From Octopus vulgaris (lineage: Eukaryota), in the NCBI GenBank assembly GCA_951406725.2, contig OX597816.1:41602001-41666000 (forward strand): DNA of 64,000 nt, written 5' to 3'. A program made the translations under genes and the position numbers. This document shows positions 1 to 12,833 of this stretch, one piece after another. Under the pieces are notes generated by a model. The model saw only the letters and a program-made list of their open reading frames with translations, did no database searches and was not told the origin of the DNA. Numbering within the stretch: position 1 is the stretch's first letter; each line of letters begins with the position of its first letter.

Positions 1-947
1 ATAATATATGTGAATTCTTGTAAATAACTTTCATGACCTCGTATATGTGTGACTTGAACTATTCATATATTAGTTAGCATTCCTTATTTTTTGAAATTTT
101 AAACAAATAGAAATAAAAGAATCTCTTTGAAACGAAGAAGGAACAATTATTAAATTTTATGCATAATACAACTTTACCTTACAAGTATTTGTAAATATTT
201 TCATGCACTTAATGAATGATACACGATAAAATATTAATGCATACGGGAGCTCATACACAAACGCACACACACACACACACACGCACACACACAGAGGCAC
301 AAACATGATCTCGCGCCCACACACAAAAGCACGCGTATTCATAAACACAGAAACAACACAATACACACATAAAACTTGTGAGAGAGAGGAAATTATAACT
401 TCGATTCTTAGAGGTGGAGAATAATTTTTCCAAGAGAAGAAATCGCATATGCATCTTATTTATACAAACAAGATGGGCAGTGAATACATACACATACACA
501 TCTGCATGAATACATATGCGAATGTGAGTGGGTGTGTGTGAGAGAGAGAGAGAGAGCTAGAAAGAGAGAGTGTATGTGTGTGTGTGCGCGCGCATACAGT
601 AATAACTTAGATGCATACACACGTACATATACATGCACGAGGGTGCTTAGTGATTTGGTATTCTGCACTCACAATCGCAGCAATGGGGTTTCGATACCTA
701 GACGGACACTGGGTTGTATTCCCGTTCACCCTGTTCACCCACATATAAACAGGTAACACTGCGACTAATCAAACTAACTGATGTTAAGGTAAGAGGGGAA
801 GCTACACTGCCTCTGCTCAGTGGAATGGCACAATTCAAAATGTTCGAAAGCTACAACAATAATGAGGAAGAGGTTGTGACCACCGCTGTTTAACATCCAA
901 TTGTTGATTAATAGAGTGATACATACATACATACATACATACATACA

Positions 948-978
<31 letters not shown>

Positions 979-989
979 TATACATATTT

Positions 990-1299
990 AAAATAACAGA
1001 ATGAGGTAAAAATCCAAGGTTGTGAAAGATTTCAGAACATTTATAAATAGAATGTCTTACAGCTGTTTCCTGGATATTTTATATATCCCTTCCTCGGAGA
1101 TGGTGTGAGAAAATGGTTAAGCACTAGTTATTCTAGATAAGATATGAAATAGAGAGTGAAGTGGAGGAATGAAAAAATAGACGTGATATTTGCAGGGACA
1201 TTGTATCTGCAGTTCCATTCTTTAGTCAGAAAGATATACATATAAGATTCCTGTAACTTGTGAGTAAGTTGCAATAGTATTTGTTTATATGTTCATAAA

Positions 1300-1300
<1 letters not shown>
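990..1300 (-). mobile_element. Short non-coding insert between (CATA)n and (TA)n tracts, Penelope pLTR-like, carrying a degenerate hammerhead
   Basis: Unique sequence bounded by microsatellites; contains the HHR-like motif at 1054-1101. Boundaries approximate. Confidence 0.5.
1054..1101 (-). ncRNA. Degenerate type I hammerhead ribozyme motif
   Basis: Minus strand reads ATCT-CCGAGGA-AGGGATA..TATCCAG-GAAA-CAGCTG-TA-AGAC: stem I TCT/AGA, stem II GGATA/TATCC, palindromic stem III ACAGCTGT; core deviates from CUGANGA. Confidence 0.55.
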
Positions 1301-1363
<63 letters not shown>

Positions 1364-1429
1364 TGTGTAAACAGATAAACAAATATACATAGAAAGAGTG
1401 GGAGAAAAATCAATAATGTATACCTGCTG

Positions 1430-2590
1430 TGATGTCGTCCAGAAATTAAAACCTCTACTATCACTAATAATGCTCAAAATAATGGTCTTATAAACACCCA
1501 CTCGGTCCTCCATCCGTTCGTATTCGTTATCAGCTATATACGTTGTCATTTCCCTGATGTCATAGCCGATTTCTCGCAGGTACTCAATTGCGAGATTGTT
1601 TCCTACCTGCTCCGGTTGAGGTAGACCATATGTGTGAATGAGTTAACCTCACATAGCTGGCACCCGTGTGTCCAGGTCAAGTAGTGCCTCATTGTAAATG
1701 GTGTTATTGAAGGAGGCAGTATTCATTGATGTTTGCCTTTGAATCCTTTGTAGGAAATCTTCTGCCATGGTGATGTTGGAGGTCTCCCAAAGGTTGAGAG
1801 GTTCATTCAAGCCACATGTCATCAACATGCTAGAAAATAGCTGGCGCAGTTGACTCAGTGGTCTTCTGACTGACTTCTCCTCCTATGTCTTGTCGCAGTG
1901 AGCATCGTTCTACAGTAGTCGATGTTTGGCGCAGGGTTCTCTGTAGGTCGTGCAGACTTCCCCATTGTATCTTCCAAGGAATGACAGTGTGCAGCAGTAG
2001 GCGCAGAAAGAAGCATGCTTGCTGATTGTTGTGCACAGTGCACACTCGCAAGATGGTCGCACTTCTGAAGACAGCATGTTCTTCCCAGCTCTCTCAAAGC
2101 GCGCTCGTTGCTTGCGTCTGTTCCATCTACTGTATACCCAGGTAGAGTACACGTGAACCTCAACATACAGCAGTGTTCGGGCAAAAAGATCACTGTGATA
2201 TAATTTGAAGAAAGCTGCCAAAATGGTTTCTGGTGGATTCAGAACTACGTTTGGGGGATTGTCTTCTGTGAAATATACACTATGGTCATTTTCAAGGTAG
2301 TATAGATAGATTCACTACTGCTGGATGCCGCTCGTAGATTTCGAAACCCTTGTTAGGGGAAATATACCTGCCCAACTTATATTGCTGAATTTCATCTGCT
2401 TGCCTGCTCTCATTTTAAAGTCCAAAAACCACCATATCTGAGACTTACTGATGTATTTACATAAATATTTAATACTTTTTATAGAGGTGCATGACTCAAC
2501 ATTAACATAGGCCGGCAATGTTTCAGACAGCAATAGGTTGTAGGGCACGATCCACATGTTGTCTATTTCCATCCCTTGACCATTAACTTT
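1430..2590 (-). mobile_element. Helitron Rep/helicase gene fragment (frameshifted pseudogene)
   Basis: Minus-strand peptides in Helitron order: DNMWIVPYNLLLS..VNVESCTSIKSIKYLCKYISK (Rep motif with catalytic Tyr), LENDHSVYFTEDN..PPETILAAFFKLYHSDLFARTLLYVEV, CFFLRLLLHTV; several frameshifts. Confidence 0.9.
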
Positions 2591-3184
2591 AAGCTTGGTA
2601 GTATTTAGGGTGGTCCATGGAAAATGAATGGGTTATTTCCCTTGGCTGTTAGAGGTAAATATATTGATTACGTATGTGGAGCCCTTCTGTATTTCTATTA
2701 AACTTCAATGAGCCTAGTAACAAACTGGATCTTTCCATATTGTTAGCGGCAAGATCCACGTTATTCCATCATCCACACTATAATCTTAAGAATTTATTTG
2801 GGTGTATTTATTGTTGTGAAGATTATTCAACAAACAGGAAATTACCCCACTTATAATCTAGCTATATTTTCGATAGAATGTGTGGCTGATTCCATGAGAC
2901 AGGACATCAACTGTACTCAGACAGAAAGTGAGAGGTCAGGAATTTTATTTTTTTCAACTCATGTTTGCAAGTATCTACTTCCTTTATAGTGATAACTAAG
3001 TTACATCCATTGATTCTTACATGACGTAATGACAGCATATGCACATTATTAGCAGATAAGAAATTCGAAGTATCAAATAATATGCAATGAAAGACATTTA
3101 ACTTAAATATGATGAACGATATGGTCTTTTTAAAAAAAATCCAGCTGATTCATTTTAATGCTGACCAAAGCGAAATTCCTAGGA

Positions 3185-3562
3185 TCAGGCATGGCAAGGT
3201 AGATATAATTCTGTTTCACAATCACATGGTTCCGGTTCAGTGCCACTGCGTCGCACCTTGAGTAAGTGCTTTCTACTCTAGTCTCATGTTGATCAAAGTT
3301 TTGAGAATTAATTTGGTTGGCAGCGAGTGAAATAAGTCTGTCGTAGATATATACGTACATACATATTTACACTCCCACACACCAGTACATATGCAATTTC
3401 CCGCCACCATCACTTGATGTCTGGTGTTGGTGTGTTTATTATGTTCCTGTAATAAACCGATTCAGCAAAAGAGAGCTATAAGAATAAGTACTGGGTAGGA
3501 TTTGCTCTAATGTAAACCTTTCAATACAGCTGCAGTCTAAAGGTTGAAACAAGTAAAAGATG
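3185..3562 (+). mobile_element. tRNA-derived SINE family A, old degenerate copy
   Basis: Shares head (catggttccggttcagtgccactgcg..caccttg) and tail (gaaacaagtaaaaga) with the copy at 35305-35810. Confidence 0.75.
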
Positions 3563-3939
3563 AAAAATATGCGATAAATATTTTTGCAGCCTATGTATTG
3601 CAAGCATAATTATGCAAAATTCAACGATGTTTCTCATCGTGTAATGCATTTTCTAACATAACCGTTGAAGTACAGCTATCCTGGAGAGGGCATGTAGTTT
3701 TTCTCTTATAATGACATTTTAACGAGACTGGATCACTTCGATAGAGGCGAAACATTTCATGAGAGATATTACTTCGTTTTTTTTTGTGAACAATATTGAT
3801 TGAATCCCAACATGTTACTGCTGTCGCTTAAATGGGATCAGAGATTACTTGCATCATACAATGCATGCTGCATGACTGCATGCATATTACAATAATCAGA
3901 ATGGATAAGACATCACAGTATGCCACTTCATTTTATGTA

Positions 3940-4335
3940 CTATACTTTTATTCTTTTATTCTTTTACTTGTTTCAATCAGTAGACTATGGCGATGCGGAA
4001 GAACTACTTTGAAGAATTGTAGTCGAATGAATTGACCCTAGTACTCATTATTCGTAAAATACCAGGTACTTGTACTATTTCTTGCTTTTTCCAAACTGCT
4101 AAGTTACAGTAAACAAACCGACAACAATACCGGTTGTAAATCACTGATGGCAATACAAGCAAAGATACACCCATACACACCCGCACACACGCAAACACAT
4201 ATACATACGACGAGCTTTCTTTCAGTTTCTACCAAATCCATTCCAAAGGCACTGGTGAAAGATTAAAGTAGAAGCCACTAGCGCAACATCAACGCCGTGG
4301 GAAACAAGCTTCTTATCACACAGCCAATCCTACTG
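3940..4335 (-). mobile_element. SINE family A, degenerate copy
   Basis: cttttacttgtttca tail, ctttcagtttctaccaaatcca core and aagcttcttatcacacagcca head in reverse orientation. Confidence 0.75.
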
Positions 4336-4394
4336 TTTAGTTGAAAATAATAAATTACAACATCTGAATCATAAATGCAATTTCATTGTATCAG

Positions 4395-4550
4395 TGTGGT
4401 TTTAAAGCTTAAATGTTATTTTGGGTTCAGTTATGTCGTCCTGCACCTTGGGCAGGTGTTTTCTACTATGGCTTCGGACCGACAAAGCCTCGCGGGTAGA
4501 TTATGTACTACCCTGCCCAACATCTGCACACATATACATCGAAAGAAGTC
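4395..4550 (+). mobile_element. SINE family A, 5' fragment
   Basis: gggttcag..gcaccttgggcaggtgttttctactatggcttcggaccgac matches the family A head. Confidence 0.6.
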
Positions 4551-6507
4551 TAGCCTCACGACACACTCTCCTACTCCTTTATTCTTACCATTCCTTTCTC
4601 TCTTCCAATCACCTCTTCTCCCTACCATGCACGCTCAGAACTGCCCACAGTTATGTATCGTTTGACTGGTGGGAAATGATGATTATTTTTCACTTATACA
4701 TATGTTGACTCCAAGTTTAATTCCATATCACCTGATGAAACGAACTTATGAAATATGACTCACTCGATTCCATGGATAATAAAGATTGTACTGTAATCTT
4801 CTCAAGGATACAGACTATGATCGTAATAAATGTGACTTTTGAAAACGTACATAGAAAACGCATCTAAATTATTTTAAGTTCCATCCATGGATTGTTGTCA
4901 TTGTTATTATTATAACTACATTCTCCCCCCCCCACACCTTCAGTACAGCTTCCAACTTCTTTTACCTCAATGCTTAACTCTACTTGCACTTTTGTCCGGA
5001 CTACATTATATCGGCACAGCTGGGTACAATCCCATAAGACTGCTACTGCAAGATGGTATCATAGGTAGTAGCCAACATAATATAATAGCAATTTTTATAT
5101 GCATATGCAAATATGTTTACCGTAAACGTAATTAAATGATGTATATATATATTCACTTATAGTTTCCCATTTGCAGATATATCTAATGTAGTAAACAATT
5201 CACTGTAAATTGCCCAGATAATTATGGTTCTATAATAGTTTTATATTATACTATCTTAACACTTAGAATATTTACTAAAACCAAATCGAATATTAGACGA
5301 CGCTAAAAGTTTCATTTTCTTACTTGTAAGATATGGGTTTACACGAGAATAAACATGTGTATCTCTGTTGAATTTTGAATATAATCTCTGTTGTAACATT
5401 ATTTCTGCCGCTAATGGCCATAAAGAAGTGACAATCAACTGCTGAAATGAAATGAAATGTAAAGTTATTTCTAGTACATATGTTTAGGTTACCTGAATTT
5501 TTCCACTGTTGTACACGGTGTCCCTGCTTCTTAAATCATGGCTAATCGTGTATGAGTCAACAGGGAAATCCATCCCCATAACTAATACATGCATAACATA
5601 TTATCATCTTTAATAACTTATATAAATAAAGCCAAATGATCTAAGTAAGGAGGAAAGGAATGAAAGATCATATCGTAATTGTTACTACATTTTAATTGGC
5701 TGTATGTATGTCCAAGTTGCACAGTCATAAGGTGATGTATCAGTTATGCTGCAGAAGATGATACATTAATACTTTAAATGGTGGGGGGTGAACAAGACCC
5801 CTAAAATATTCAATACCAACGCAACAGTTTTATTGTTTAATAAATATATTACACGTTTATTGTGACCAAAAAAGTTGCACTTATATTTAGTAATTATTTT
5901 TTACTGAAATATGAGTAAAATTTGTATCATTATTTTGTTCTAATATTAATTTCTTTCAAAACGGACAGATGAAAACATTATACAAAGAATCAAATTGGAA
6001 GACATTTTAAGTTTATACTGTGTGAACTACATTTTCTTTTTTTCATTATATTTTCAATGCCACTTATTAATTTCTAAACTTGTTTAACATTTGTCGCCGT
6101 TCTTTTAACTCTTTTTATATGAGTTTTGAATTTCATTGTATTTCTTGTCATGAGATGTTCAAGTGTAAAGGTTATTAATCAATATATCGTAGCACATAAA
6201 TATGAATTACAATTAAAATAGCGTCACGTCTCGAATTTTCCATGAAGTTATAATGTTAGGGCAGTTTCTTGATAATAAAAACGATAGAGGAACGTTTCGT
6301 TCCACGAGATGCAAGGCATAATCCTGTACGCACTATGAATATATATTTTAACCTATTTAAATATTAAACAAAAAAGGATATAAATAGAATCTGTGTTCCC
6401 TATTTGGTGTATATATTGCTGTGCCTTTGTACATTCAAAGTGTCTTTATTATTTTGGTGCTCCGCGTTATGTATATATACATACATATATACATACATAT
6501 ATATATG

Positions 6508-6585
<78 letters not shown>

Positions 6586-6627
6586 GGGTGTCTGTATGTA
6601 AATGCACGCATATTTATACATACATAA

Positions 6628-6704
<77 letters not shown>

Positions 6705-7089
6705 CACACATATATACGTATATGTATGCCTGTTACCACTGTTGTATCTGTTATCGCTCTGACTGATATTGCTATATTCCGAAGTAATCATATAGTGTTA
6801 TCCTCAAAAGGTTGGATCCTTATAACGCCCACTCAATATCAGAGTATACTTAATTTATATGCACAGAATCCACTATCAATACAGTCTACACGTACTCTCA
6901 TACTCTACGTACTCTACTCTCTCGATACCGACTGACCTCAACATACTTACAGTGACTCTCATTTCACTCGTCACATGGAAGGGGTGTGCCATTATTACTA
7001 ATTCTCTACAACAGAAACCAACGTCGGCTGTCAAACGTCTATCTATATATCTATCTATCTATCTATCTATTTATCTATTTATCTATGTA

Positions 7090-7137
<48 letters not shown>

Positions 7138-7196
7138 CATACATATATATATATATATACATACATATATATATATACATACATATATATATATAC

Positions 7197-7249
<53 letters not shown>

Positions 7250-7250
<1 letters not shown>

Positions 7251-7395
7251 GGCCAGCTTCCAGATCTTATCTACCAAATCCATTCACAAGACTTTGGTTA
7301 ATCTGCAGCAAGTGTAGAGAACAGCTGCCAGCAGTAGGACTGAAACCATAGGCATATAGTTGGGAATCAAACTTCTTACCAAACAACCAAGCCTG
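7250..7395 (-). mobile_element. SINE family A, 5' fragment
   Basis: tctaccaaatccattcacaagactttggt..ggactgaaacc matches the reversed family A head. Confidence 0.6.
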
Positions 7396-7802
7396 TATAC
7401 ACGTATACATACATACATATCTGCATGTATGTTTAAATACGTATATGTTATTTGTGTTACGCTGATGTGGCGTGCTATGTACAAATGCACATACATGAAG
7501 ATATGCATAAATTAAAATTTTGAGAATTTAACATGGTTTGAAGTTGCAGGAAAGGTCAGATGATACTTAAGAATTTTGTCGAGTGAAATATCTTGAACGG
7601 TCGAAGCAATCTTCCTCCATGATTAATTGGAGCACAAATCAAAAGTACACTTGCAAATTATGTCCTACAAATAACTTTAATATATTTTAAATTCTAAATG
7701 TTAATTCACTGAGGCGTTTGATATGAAAATGAATGTTTGTCTCCACTGAAACTGTAATGAAATTCGCCTTCAGAAATATAAATGTCCCAGACGCCATTTT
7801 AA

Positions 7803-8270
7803 CTTACTGTTTTACTCTTTTACTTGTTTCAGTCATTTGACTTTGGCCATGCTGGAGCACCGCCTTTAGTCGAGAAAATCGACCCCAGGACTTATTCTTT
7901 AGAAGCCTAATACTTATTCTGTCGGTCTGTTTTGCCGAACCGCTTAGTTACGGGGACGTTAACACACCCGTATCAGTTGTCAAGCGATGTTGGGGGGGGA
8001 CAAACACAGACACACAAACATATATACACCCATACATACACACACACGCACATGCACACACGCACACACATACACAGACACACACGCACACACATACATA
8101 TATGTATATATATATACGACGGGCTTCTTTCAGTTTCCGTCCACCAAATCCACTCACAAGGCTTTGGCCGGCCCGAGGCTATAGTAGAAGACACTAGCCC
8201 AAGGTTCCACGCAGTGGGACTGAACCCGGAACCATGTGGTTGGTAAGCAAGCTACTTACCATACAGCCTA
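7803..8270 (-). mobile_element. SINE family A, near full length, central (CA)/(TA) microsatellite
   Basis: Reverse complement closely matches 35305-35810 and is collinear with 25985-26385. Confidence 0.9.
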
Positions 8271-8910
8271 TGACTTACCTAATTATATTTTTAACCTAAT
8301 CACTGGTTGGTGATTATGAAATTAAAGTTATCCTGAGCAAAATTCGAATGGCGCAACTCAGTCAGAGATGCTGTTTTTAGTTCGAGTCTGCTGTTTCTCA
8401 ATGAGGAATGCTAAAGCGCGAGTCACGGCCGTCTGGGAATGCAATAGAGGAAAGTACTAGGCAGATGTACTGTTTTTACAACTTTTACCATAAGAGTGTA
8501 TCTGTCTCCTCGGCAACTGCAGTGAATTTACCCTCAGAAGTTGAAGTATGTCACAAACATATTTCAACTGATCTATTGTATATATGTAAGCTTGTGTATA
8601 TATGTATACTGTCCTGTTTTTTTTACCATTTTTTTACCATTTTTTACCCCTCTGCGGAAAGATCTCAGAATTTTAATTGATTTGCTTTTCGCAGGAAGGA
8701 AAGTTTCTTGTCGAAGATACGTCTCGCTTTTATCCTTCGAAACGTAGAGTAGATTAAGCCTTAGCGACTGAAGAAGGGGTTTTTTCGTTGTGTTAATTGT
8801 CCTGTACTCCATTTTTTGTTGTTTTTAAAAAATGTCCAGTTCCTTTGGTTTGTGTCTATGTTTTCGTTTCTCTTTGTGTTCGACGTCCCTATATATAGTA
8901 TAGTATATAG

Positions 8911-8942
<32 letters not shown>

Positions 8943-11900
8943 TATATATAGTATAGTATATAGTATATATATATATACATATTATTGTATATAGTATATA
9001 TATAGTATATAGTATATATATATATACATATTATTGTATATAGTATATATATAGTATATATGTGTGTGTACACACATACACACACATTTATATATAGTAT
9101 ATATATATACTAAATATATATTTAGTATATATATATATACTATATACAAATGTGTGTGTATGTGTGTACACACACATATATACACGCAATGTATAGCAAT
9201 TAAGTTTTAGTGAAACAATAATTACATTAAATGTATTGCATGTTGCCCAAAAGTTTGGCTCATGAAACACACACATTACTCATGATATTCCATGGTCAAC
9301 TAACGTACGTATAATCTGAATTGCGATCTTAAATTGAAGAATATTTTTATCGTGGCGTCTGTAGGTCACTACAAAATGCCTTGTAAGCGTTAAAAAAGAA
9401 TGTTCAGTCAATTATTATTTTATGAATGGATCATTATTCTTAAGGTAATTTTGTGCTATGAAAAATCGAAGCTATTTTGTGGTGGATCAATTTTTTCGGC
9501 AGGTTAAATGCTATTATTGCAGTTATTCAGAATTTCATTCATAAATGGAAAGCCATGCTTACGCAAGTGGTTATAGAGTAACGGTACAATACACAGCGAA
9601 GCTTTGTTGAGAATGAACGAACCGAAAACTGGTTGTCAGCGTACCGATACCTTTGAAACGTTTTTCAGATAGCAGCAAACCATGATAAACCTGTCTCGAC
9701 ACACGGTATCATCAACTAATTTTATAATGAATTCAGAATGATTTTTATCTTCTTACGCTTTTATTACAAAATGAATAAAAATTCATCATATGCGAAAAGT
9801 GACATTCAAAAAGAAGCAAATATTTTCCTTATTTTCTTTTTGTCTTTGGTTAACTTTGTTACAATTTCCGATGAAAGAATATCATTATCGGGAAATAAAT
9901 TTAAAAACGATGAACACAATTTCATTTGTAAAACGATAAAAGGAAGATTTTAGTTAATTTCATTGTGAAACTGTCCATTTAAGAAATTATCATTTCACAT
10001 AGTTGCAAACTGTATTGATTTTTCACACATGTTTCATAAAGAAGGATGCGTAAACATGGAATCGTTAAACAGCGAACTTTTTTTTTGTTTTCGTTTTTAA
10101 TATGAAAACCAAATAATCTAGTACAATAAGATCAATAAGAAGAACGATAACAACGAAAAATAACAACAATACAATAATAACATCAATGCTACTAGTAATG
10201 ATTTAAAATAAATAGATGCATAGAAAGATAATTGCATTGTGATCATATTGATTTAATTAATAATTAAAGAGAAATAAATAGCAGCTAAAAACTGTAATCT
10301 TGGTGTAGTTGTTGCTGTTCCTGTTTCAAATGTTGTTGTTATTAGAGTCGGCGCTGATGCCATTCCAATATTTTAAGTATCGCTTTTAATATGTCATTTT
10401 TTTTTCAAATTTTAAAGTTGTTGGTTTTTATGGAATCGATTTAAGACAAAGAAAAGTTCTTTATGATACCAATCATTAGCAGCCATCTCAACATTTTCCC
10501 TTCAGCTTCCTTCGAAAACTGATATGAAGAAAACAATATAGCTTAATTTAATAAAATTTGAAAGAATAATGATAATAATAAATGAATTACTGATGCAAAA
10601 TAATATATATATATATATACGCACTCACATATAATTTTACTGGAATTGAAATTTTACATCGTGACACAAGTTTCACGCTTAATCGATGCACATGCATGAA
10701 AGTCTTGTCGTGAGACGAGCTTTTGGTTTGAATAAACCTATATCCTATGCTTTTTGTATTGAACACTCTTTTTACAGGCGTACGACACTAATCTATGAAC
10801 TTCTCGCACACATACATATATATGGTGAATTTTTCCGTTCAGGAAATGATTTAGCACATTAATAGAAAATAATCACCACTTCAATACTTAGGTGTATTAG
10901 CCGAGACACTAAATGTGAAAATGATGACTTACCAATGCTAAAGGGAACAAGGAGTATTAGCGCAGTATAGCCAGAATCGCTTATGTACATACATATATGC
11001 GTATGTGCATGTAAATTTGCGTATATTTGTATTCTTAAATACATACGTATATTCGTATCCTTATACATATGAAAGACAACTTTGTAATATTATTTAACGA
11101 TCTATAATTTGAGTAGGCAAACCATAAGTTAAATATTCCTAATTGCATGTTATAACATTTGGTATGAAGTCATAACATTATTATGATGCATCGCAACAAA
11201 ATTTATCTAATTTTCAATTGAATAGAAAGCAGAAAATAGAACATCATCGATACAATCCAAACTCATATTTCCTCACTCATCCCATGTTTGCTTCATATTC
11301 ATAATTTCTAGAATTTGATATCACGCATATGTTCATATTCATTCTCTATTTATTAGAATTAATAATTTTCATGTACTAAGCTTTGCTGGATAACATATGC
11401 ACGAATGTCAAAGATAAGAGAAATGCTTTTCCAAACATCATATCATTTAATTAGAAACTTATGGAAGATATATTATTTTTGAAAGTGCAGCAACGATACT
11501 AAGTGAATAAATGAAATTTATAGCAAGTATACCGAATTAAACATTCACACAGAGATTCAATTAACGATTCTCATCAAATCTTATTCTGTAATCTCAATCA
11601 AATTATATATGTACTTATTTTTTTTTATTTAACTCCATTTAATGTGTTTTTAGTAGACATCACTAAAATATGTTCGCTCTTAATTTCGTTTACCAGATAG
11701 TGGAGGCATTTAAAAGAAATGAAAGTATTAAAAGAAATATCATGGAACGATATATTTTTATTTTATCTTTTTATCTATGTGCTTTGAAGTTGTAATATTG
11801 AAGCGTACCACTGTTTTGATTTAGCTATGATTTTATCATATACATTTTTATAGAATAGGAAACTTATTTTAGATATAATTGCTGATAGCTTAATGTATAT

Positions 11901-12449
11901 AGTATAGTCATACAAAGACAAGCAGTCAGTGATACATATATACTCAAAACTCACCCACACATATGTGTAAATATAATGATTAAAGAACTAAGGAAAATAG
12001 ATGAACATAATTATTTCATTGTATTCGTACGCCTCAGTAATCTCTCGGAGATAACTATTATATAGTGGAAAGTGGAAAGTCACATGTTGTCCTCAGAAGA
12101 AAATTCAAAATTGCATCCCATAAATAATATAAGTACGAATACATTCTAGTGAGTGCCAGTATTGGTACATAAAATCATATTCGGAGTTCTCTTAAGTACT
12201 TAACTATGGGGCTAAGTATGTAATACTCAGTAGTGATATTCTGAAATGCAATAACATTCATGCGTAATGTGGTGCTATATAGAGGTTGGAAAGAAAGCAT
12301 TTATTATATATATAATGTGAAGCAACATAGGCTGTCGTTTATTTACTTATTGATGAGGGAGGAGTTAAGAAATGATGGATAACTTCTTCAACCTTTCGTT
12401 CGTTCGTCAGAACGCTTTTTTTAAAACTAAATATTAATAAAGCTTTCTG

Positions 12450-12655
12450 CTGTAGGCACAAGGCCTGAAATTTGTGTGAGAGCATAAGTGAATTACATTG
12501 AACCCAGTGAATCACTGGTACTTAATTTATCGATGCCAAAAGAATAAAAGGCAAAGTCCACCTCGGCGGAATTTGAACTCAGAATATAGCGACGGGCGAA
12601 ATATCACTAAGCATTCCTTCCAACGTGGTAACGATTCTAGCATCGCACCGCCTTG
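12450..12655 (-). mobile_element. tRNA-derived SINE family B (MetaSINE-like)
   Basis: ggcacaaggcctgaaattt..tggtacttaatttatcga..aaggcaaagtccacctcggcggaatttgaactcagaa; homologous to 28630-28835 and 40596-40802. The MetaSINE label is from recall. Confidence 0.7.
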
Positions 12656-12802
12656 CAAAGCAGTAATAATAACTATATATTTTCCATATATAATTTCAAC
12701 ACGATATACGCTTTTATGATATTTCATACTCGTGTCTCACACACAGGCATTAATACGCAGACGTATATACACACATACATAGATACACAGTCACACATAC
12801 AG

Positions 12803-12833
<31 letters not shown>

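Noticed and set aside
6740-7012. Possible solo LTR with TGTTGTA..TACAACA ends
   Set aside because: No target-site duplication and no second copy or internal retroelement sequence.
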